From: Candidatus Heimdallarchaeota archaeon
GTDB lineage: Archaea; Asgardarchaeota; Heimdallarchaeia; JABLTI01
Assembly (NCBI GenBank): GCA_019058275.1
Contig: JAHLVW010000093.1
Span: 1-45,146 of the forward strand
Direction: 5' to 3'
DNA: 45,146 nt
Position numbers and translations under genes: made by a program. Numbering within the stretch: the stretch's first letter is position 1; every line of letters starts with the position of its first letter. This document shows, in pieces, positions 39,810 to 45,146 of this stretch. The notes under the pieces are model-generated. The model saw only the letters and a list, made by a program, of their open reading frames with translations, searched no databases and was not told the origin of the DNA.

Positions 39810-40724
39810 ATGGTTATGGATAATTGGATAACTCTTAATCTTACTACTAAAGGATCTTTTAATTTAAAGAGAACACTTGAAACTGGTCATAGTTCTTTCC
39901 CAATACCTCGTAGTGATAAGTCTGGCAGATATTACTTTGTAATTACTATTCCAGATAGTCATAAAAAAGTGGTTTGTAGAGTCTATCAAAAAGGAGCTAA
40001 GCTTATAGCTGAAGTATCTTCTTACAATGAACAATTATCTGAAAATGATCTTAAAGCTTTGAAAAAATTATTGCGAAAAACATTTGGTTTACATTTAAAC
40101 GTGCTTGAATTTTATTCTGAATTTAAGAATGACCCAATTGCGCCAGCTTTTAAACACTGTTCAGGTGTAAGATTAACTTGTGCACATGATCACTTTGAAA
40201 GTTTAATATCATCAATTTTAACACAAAATAGTTCGATTTGGAAATGGGTTGGACAAGCAAGACGAATTAAGGAACTTATGGGAGATAAATTCCCAACAGA
40301 TCACTTTATGGTTTATTCATTTCCTGACCCTCAAAAATTATTTAGATACAAACACTTGTTAATAGAAGCAAAGCTAGGTTACAGAGAAGAATATGTGATT
40401 GAATCAACACAGGACATTGCAAATTATCAAATTAGACTTGATAAATTAAAAAATATTCCTACAATGGAAGCAAAAAAAGTTCTTTTGAAATTGAAAGGTA
40501 TAGGACCTAAAGTTGCTGACATGTTCTTACTCTATGGCCTTGGTAAGATTGATGTCCCACCAACAGATATTTGGATTCAACGTGGAGTATCAAAAATCTT
40601 CTTCAAAGGTAGAGAGAAATCTCTTGAAGAATGTCGAGAGAAATTGGTTGAACGTTATGGTAAGTGGGCTGGAATTGCTCAATTATATATGTTTGATTGG
40701 ATTAGAAGTACCGCAAAAAAATGA
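39810..40724 (+). CDS. OGG1-type HhH-GPD DNA glycosylase/AP lyase, in frame with the upstream TnpB (800-aa ORF 38322-40724)
   Basis: FNLKRTLETG, FESLISSILTQN, YSFP, LGYR, HhH LKGIGPKVAD (catalytic Lys), PTD (catalytic Asp), WAGIAQLYMF. Confidence 0.9.
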   Translation: MVMDNWITLNLTTKGSFNLKRTLETGHSSFPIPRSDKSGRYYFVITIPDSHKKVVCRVYQKGAKLIAEVSSYNEQLSENDLKALKKLLRKTFGLHLNVLEFYSEFKNDPIAPAFKHCSGVRLTCAHDHFESLISSILTQNSSIWKWVGQARRIKELMGDKFPTDHFMVYSFPDPQKLFRYKHLLIEAKLGYREEYVIESTQDIANYQIRLDKLKNIPTMEAKKVLLKLKGIGPKVADMFLLYGLGKIDVPPTDIWIQRGVSKIFFKGREKSLEECREKLVERYGKWAGIAQLYMFDWIRSTAKK

Positions 40725-40727
40725 AAA

Positions 40728-41585
40728 TTAACTCATAATTGTTAAATCGCAATATGATTCTCCCTCGATATCATATGAGCGAACATCTAATCTATACTTT
40801 TTCTTTGTAACTAATGACTCTAAAAGAATCTCAGAATGATAGAACTTCAATTTATCTTTAATTTGTTGATTTGTTTCCTGTCTTTCATAGATTAATCCAG
40901 ATAAACTAACCAAACTTTTAGCAATTTTATAGAGGATAATTTTTTCTTCCTTACTTAACATCAATTGATCAAACGTTTCAATGGCCCTTTCTCCAAGATC
41001 ATAAAACAGCTCTTCAATTCTAATTTTGCCATTGTAAAGGACATTACTAAACTCAAATTGGGAATCTTCACAATCGGGATTTACAGCAAGAGACCAACTC
41101 GCGACTAATGATTTATACTTTGTATCAATTTCATGCAGCATCGATTCTGTTTCTTCAATAACTTCTCTATCTCTTAGAAAAGGTATATCAGAAACGTTTC
41201 TTCCTTCTTTTGCTAAAGTTTCTAACAAGTTATTAACAACTGAATCAAGGAAGGCTTTTTCGAATTCGCTTAATTCAGGAGTAATCTCATTAGCAACAAA
41301 TAAGCTTTGAAAGCATATTCCGTCTTTAAGAGAACTGTGTATAACAAAGCCTTGTCCAGTATCTTCTTCAATTTCTTCTGAAAAAGGAGGATGAAAATTA
41401 ATCCTAATTATTGCTAATTGCTCATTATTGATCTTTATTTCACCATGTTCAAGGAAAACTTGTATTGCATACAGACTGCTAGATAACAACATGACAACAT
41501 CACTTGAGAGAATTCGCTCTTCTTCAGGAACCCGGAATAAAAATACTCCTTCACTTGATCCCCAACGTAATGGTCCGATATGCAT
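40728..41585 (-). CDS. Hypothetical protein
   Basis: 285-aa ORF with GAGGA SD; no recognisable motif. Confidence 0.7.
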   Translation of the reverse strand: MHIGPLRWGSSEGVFLFRVPEEERILSSDVVMLLSSSLYAIQVFLEHGEIKINNEQLAIIRINFHPPFSEEIEEDTGQGFVIHSSLKDGICFQSLFVANEITPELSEFEKAFLDSVVNNLLETLAKEGRNVSDIPFLRDREVIEETESMLHEIDTKYKSLVASWSLAVNPDCEDSQFEFSNVLYNGKIRIEELFYDLGERAIETFDQLMLSKEEKIILYKIAKSLVSLSGLIYERQETNQQIKDKLKFYHSEILLESLVTKKKYRLDVRSYDIEGESYCDLTIMS

Positions 41586-41631
41586 TGTTATTCCTCAGTT
41601 AATATTATCAATAAACGCTATTTAATGGTGC

Positions 41632-42681
41632 TCATATGGAATCCTTTAAACTTTTTTCATTTGACTTATTATCTGGTTGAGTTGAAACTTCTTTTTGCTC
41701 TAAAGTTAGAATGTCATTATCAGCAGTAATATCATTAGCTAAAGTTTTACTAAAATCTTTTTTTCGACCATTGCTTATTGAAAGGATTATTATTGAAGAC
41801 AACATTATGAATATTCCAACTGATTGTAGAGCAATATCTACTGCAGTATAACCACTTCCGGCATTCCATTCTTGAAAAACTATTATTCCAGATAAAACAG
41901 GTACAACTACTTGAATAGCTGTCCAAATTGGGAGAATAATAACACCAGGTCCATTTTGATAGGCAATATTCAACATAAAAATACCTATTATGCTTACTAG
42001 AAGGAAAAGAAGAACAAACGACCAACTATAAAGCCAGGCTTCCCCAAAAAACGCTCCGACAAAACCAATATCTCTTACTGCTGTAGCAACTGCTTTGTTA
42101 AAGATGTTCTGTGTAGAAGTCCAAATAGCTGATGAAATTACTAAGAACACTAAAGAGGTAGTTTTCGAGGTTTTCTCACTCACAATATAGGTAACTAAAG
42201 CTATTGAAAGAAACAGAGCAAAGAAGATTATACCTCGTATATTCGTGAACATCTCTAACATTTCAAGATAAGGTAATTCAGGCAATGATTTAGCTGTTAC
42301 GCCAATAACAACAATTCCTGCAATACCAATAATAACTCCAAAAATATCTAAACGAGTAATTTTTTCCTTGAGATAGAAACGAGTAAATATAACCAGAATA
42401 ATTAAACCAAACCCATATAATGGTTGAATAATTGTTATAGAAGCTAAGGCAAAAGCTCCTGCAGCAAAAAACGTGCTTGAAGCATTTAATGAAAGACCAA
42501 GAACCCATGCTTTGTTAAGTAGCATATTTTTTACAGATTTAAGCAATCCAGTTTCAGTTCCTATTTTAGGAATTTTAGTAGCAACTTTCTTTTGAATAGT
42601 CATTCCGATGTAGTTTATTGAAGCTGAAATTAATTGCAAGAAGATTGCTATAATTAGACTTGCTGTGCTTGCATCAACCAT
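41632..42681 (-). CDS. NIPA-like / DMT-superfamily membrane transporter
   Basis: GMTIQKK, WVLGL, AFALASITIIQPL, LKEKI, LNIAYQ, IIVFQEW; about 9 TM segments. Confidence 0.75.
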   Translation of the reverse strand: MVDASTASLIIAIFLQLISASINYIGMTIQKKVATKIPKIGTETGLLKSVKNMLLNKAWVLGLSLNASSTFFAAGAFALASITIIQPLYGFGLIILVIFTRFYLKEKITRLDIFGVIIGIAGIVVIGVTAKSLPELPYLEMLEMFTNIRGIIFFALFLSIALVTYIVSEKTSKTTSLVFLVISSAIWTSTQNIFNKAVATAVRDIGFVGAFFGEAWLYSWSFVLLFLLVSIIGIFMLNIAYQNGPGVIILPIWTAIQVVVPVLSGIIVFQEWNAGSGYTAVDIALQSVGIFIMLSSIIILSISNGRKKDFSKTLANDITADNDILTLEQKEVSTQPDNKSNEKSLKDSI

Positions 42682-42798
42682 AGTAAGTTTGCTTCTTTTT
42701 TCCACTCAAAAAGTTTTGGTGTATTAGGAAAAATAATCGATTGTCATAATCAAAATGTAATTATTTTACTAAGAATCTTATTAATTATGAGAAAGTGA

Positions 42799-43377
42799 AT
42801 GTTAATGATTCAGATAAGACTCCTGCAACCTAGTGATCGAAAAGATTTGTTTAACTTAGTGGACAAAGTGGACAAAGATTTAGTTGGTATGTACACTGAA
42901 ACAGATGAACTTGTAGAAGATTGGATTAATAACATTATAACTGGAGTTTGGGAGATTTATGTTGCAATAATTTCTCGAGAGGAAACTTTAGAGAATAAAA
43001 ATCGCAGAAGAAAGCTCTTACCTTGGAATAGAAAGAAGAATGACATTGTCGGAATTGTTACACTTTATGGCGATTGGAAAGAAGATGTAGATATTCAGAA
43101 AGGGGAATTCGATGTTGGAATAACAGTTGCAGAACAATTCCAAAAGAAAGGAGTTGGTAAAGAGTTACTTTCCTTTATTGTGAAAAGAGGACTGGAATTA
43201 AAGTATGAAAAAGCTTCACTTTGGACTCGAGCAGACAATTTGCCAATGATTAAATTAGCATTAAAGTCTGGTTTTACTCAAGGGAGTAAAAGAACAAGAT
43301 ATGGTTATAAATGGATAAATTACTACTTAGAATTAATAAAGAAAAAAAAGGAAAAGAAGGATCCTTCTTTTATTTAG
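42799..43377 (+). CDS. GNAT N-acetyltransferase
   Basis: ITVAEQFQKKGVGKELL, NLPMIKL...GF. Confidence 0.88.
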   Translation: MLMIQIRLLQPSDRKDLFNLVDKVDKDLVGMYTETDELVEDWINNIITGVWEIYVAIISREETLENKNRRRKLLPWNRKKNDIVGIVTLYGDWKEDVDIQKGEFDVGITVAEQFQKKGVGKELLSFIVKRGLELKYEKASLWTRADNLPMIKLALKSGFTQGSKRTRYGYKWINYYLELIKKKKEKKDPSFI

Positions 43378-43978
43378 TTACACCAATGATATCATAGGCT
43401 TTTTCTCTGTTCTTCTCTGCTAAATCAGAGATGTCTTTAAACAAATTATTCCCATGACTATCAATAGCTACAGTTAAAGGTCCAAATTCCTCAACTTCAA
43501 AAATCCATAAAGCTTCAGGAGTTCCTAGATCTAGCCATTCTACACCCTTTACCTTCTTTACGGCTTTTGCAGCTAATACTGCTGCACCACCGGTAAAGGC
43601 TCCATACACAGCACCGTATTTTTTCATTGCTGCAGTTGTTCGTTCAAACATTCCTCCTTTACCAATTACAACACTAATACGGAATTTCTCAATGTATTTG
43701 TCTTGAAAAATCTCCATTCTTGAGGAGGTTGTTGGACCAGCAGCAATTACGTGCCATTCTCCTTTGTCATCTTGTTTGACAATCGGACCGCAATGAAAGA
43801 GAGCTAAACCTTTGAAATCCAATGGTAATTCTTTACCTTCTTCTGCATATTCAAGTGCTCGTAAATGAGCTTCATCTCGAGAGAGATAAACTATACCGGA
43901 AATATAGAGAATATCACCAGCTTTTAGCTTGCGAATTTCTTCTTCTGGTATTGGTGTTTGTAATTTTACGACTGCCAT
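43370..43978 (-). CDS. Fe-S hydro-lyase (class I fumarase / tartrate dehydratase) beta subunit
   Basis: SRDEAH, HCGP, AGPTTSSRM, IGKGG, LGTPEA, IDSHG. Confidence 0.93.
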   Translation of the reverse strand: MAVVKLQTPIPEEEIRKLKAGDILYISGIVYLSRDEAHLRALEYAEEGKELPLDFKGLALFHCGPIVKQDDKGEWHVIAAGPTTSSRMEIFQDKYIEKFRISVVIGKGGMFERTTAAMKKYGAVYGAFTGGAAVLAAKAVKKVKGVEWLDLGTPEALWIFEVEEFGPLTVAIDSHGNNLFKDISDLAEKNREKAYDIIGVTK

Positions 43979-43984
43979 TTTTTA

Positions 43985-44872
43985 TTACTCCTTAATTTTA
44001 TGATGTAAGTATTTGATCTTACCAGTTGCGCTGATTTCAGCAGCAGATTGTCTCGCAGCCCAACATTGGACAGCAATAGCCATAGGTAATGACGCTGGAT
44101 GTCTATGAGCATAATCCATATGAACAGCTAAACAGGTTGTATTCCCACCCAATCCCATTGGACCGATTCCAGTGGCATTTATTGCTTCTTTTAATTTCTT
44201 TTCAATTTCTGCAACTTCTTTTTGTGGATGTGGTTCTCCAATTGGACGCATTAGTTGTTTCTTAGCAATTTTCGTTGCTATATCTGCTCCTCCGCCAACT
44301 GCTACACCAACTACTGTTGGAGGACATGGTTTACCAGCAGCAAATATCATCCAATCAACGACTTCCTTCATGACACCTTTGATACCTACTCCTGGTTTAA
44401 GCATTTTAACAGTACTCATATTCTCACTTCCCCCTCCTTTTGGGAAAGCAGTTATTTTGATCTTATCACCAGGTACAATTTCCCAATTAATCCAAGGGAT
44501 ATACCTTCCAGTATTATCACCAGAATTACTGCCAAAAGGATCGACAGCATTTGGTCGCATAGGCACTTCATTAGTAGCTTTTATAGAAGCATTGGTCAAA
44601 GCTTCTTTGATTTTTCCTAAATCATCAATTGGACAATCAGCACCTATTTCAACATAATAGATGTGAATGCCTGTATCTTGACACATAGGAATCCCAAGCT
44701 TTGCCCCGGTTTCAAAATTAGTTATTATGGCCTCTAATTGACTTTTACCTGCAGGATGAGTTTCGTTTTCATAAGCAGTTTTTATCACTTTTACTGCATT
44801 ATCTGGCAAAACAGTTGCTGCATATTTAAGTAGATTAAACGCCACTTTTTCAACAATTGGTGCAAATTCCAT
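43985..44872 (-). CDS. Fe-S hydro-lyase (class I fumarase / tartrate dehydratase) alpha subunit
   Basis: PMCQDTG, KGGGSEN, PCPP, GIGPMGLGG, HPASLP, QCWAAR. Confidence 0.93.
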   Translation of the reverse strand: MEFAPIVEKVAFNLLKYAATVLPDNAVKVIKTAYENETHPAGKSQLEAIITNFETGAKLGIPMCQDTGIHIYYVEIGADCPIDDLGKIKEALTNASIKATNEVPMRPNAVDPFGSNSGDNTGRYIPWINWEIVPGDKIKITAFPKGGGSENMSTVKMLKPGVGIKGVMKEVVDWMIFAAGKPCPPTVVGVAVGGGADIATKIAKKQLMRPIGEPHPQKEVAEIEKKLKEAINATGIGPMGLGGNTTCLAVHMDYAHRHPASLPMAIAVQCWAARQSAAEISATGKIKYLHHKIKE

Positions 44873-45146
44873 TGTATTTTTTTCCCCGCATGTCTTAAGT
44901 GATTATTAGCAAATGTGTGAGTTGTTCTACTTAAAACTGTTTTTGAAAAAATCAAAATTAAAAATGATATTCCTTTACTGTATAAAGAAGAAAAAATCAA
45001 AAGCTAGTATATTTAATTATTAAATGAATATTGTACATACAATTTTTCGTATTGCTAAATATAATCGACAAAAAATCGATCGATTATCAACACAAAATTT
45101 GAGTGAATTGATAATTGCAACTATAAAGAGAATGAAAAATAATGCC

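Noticed and set aside
44172-44657. 161-aa and other short alternative-frame ORFs across the window
   Set aside because: Antisense or overlapping shadows of well-supported genes

Overview
AT-rich archaeal DNA, most likely from an Asgard archaeon (Heimdallarchaeia-like). This is inferred from the archaeal rpoE1-spt4-DPCK-rps24e-rps27ae-bud32 operon together with a Rab-like small GTPase, a long Trm112, a NIPA-like transporter and a roadblock/longin-like protein. Most of the window is housekeeping or metabolic: AOR, LipS2/LplA, proteasome beta and alpha, tandem Phi, agmatinase, class I fumarase subunits. Two accessory loci stand out. Locus A (25-3900) is a free-standing LAGLIDADG+XRE-HTH gene and an AbrB gene, divergent from a minimal two-gene RAMP module (Csm3/Cas7-like protein plus a Cas5-like RAMP fused to an HD nuclease domain). 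The window shows no CRISPR array, cas1 or cas10. The module is followed by a structured, repeat-containing ~200 nt tail that runs into an rpoE1 gene lacking a normal start codon. Locus B (36513-40724) is a paralogous LAGLIDADG+HTH gene with one in-frame TGA, divergent from a TnpB that has lost its RuvC-III end and is fused in frame to an intact OGG1-type DNA glycosylase. The same LAGLIDADG-HTH family therefore sits head-to-head with two unrelated RNA-guided-type modules. Several genes carry single-base lesions. No rRNA, tRNA or CRISPR array was seen. All assignments are by motif reading only; no searches were run.
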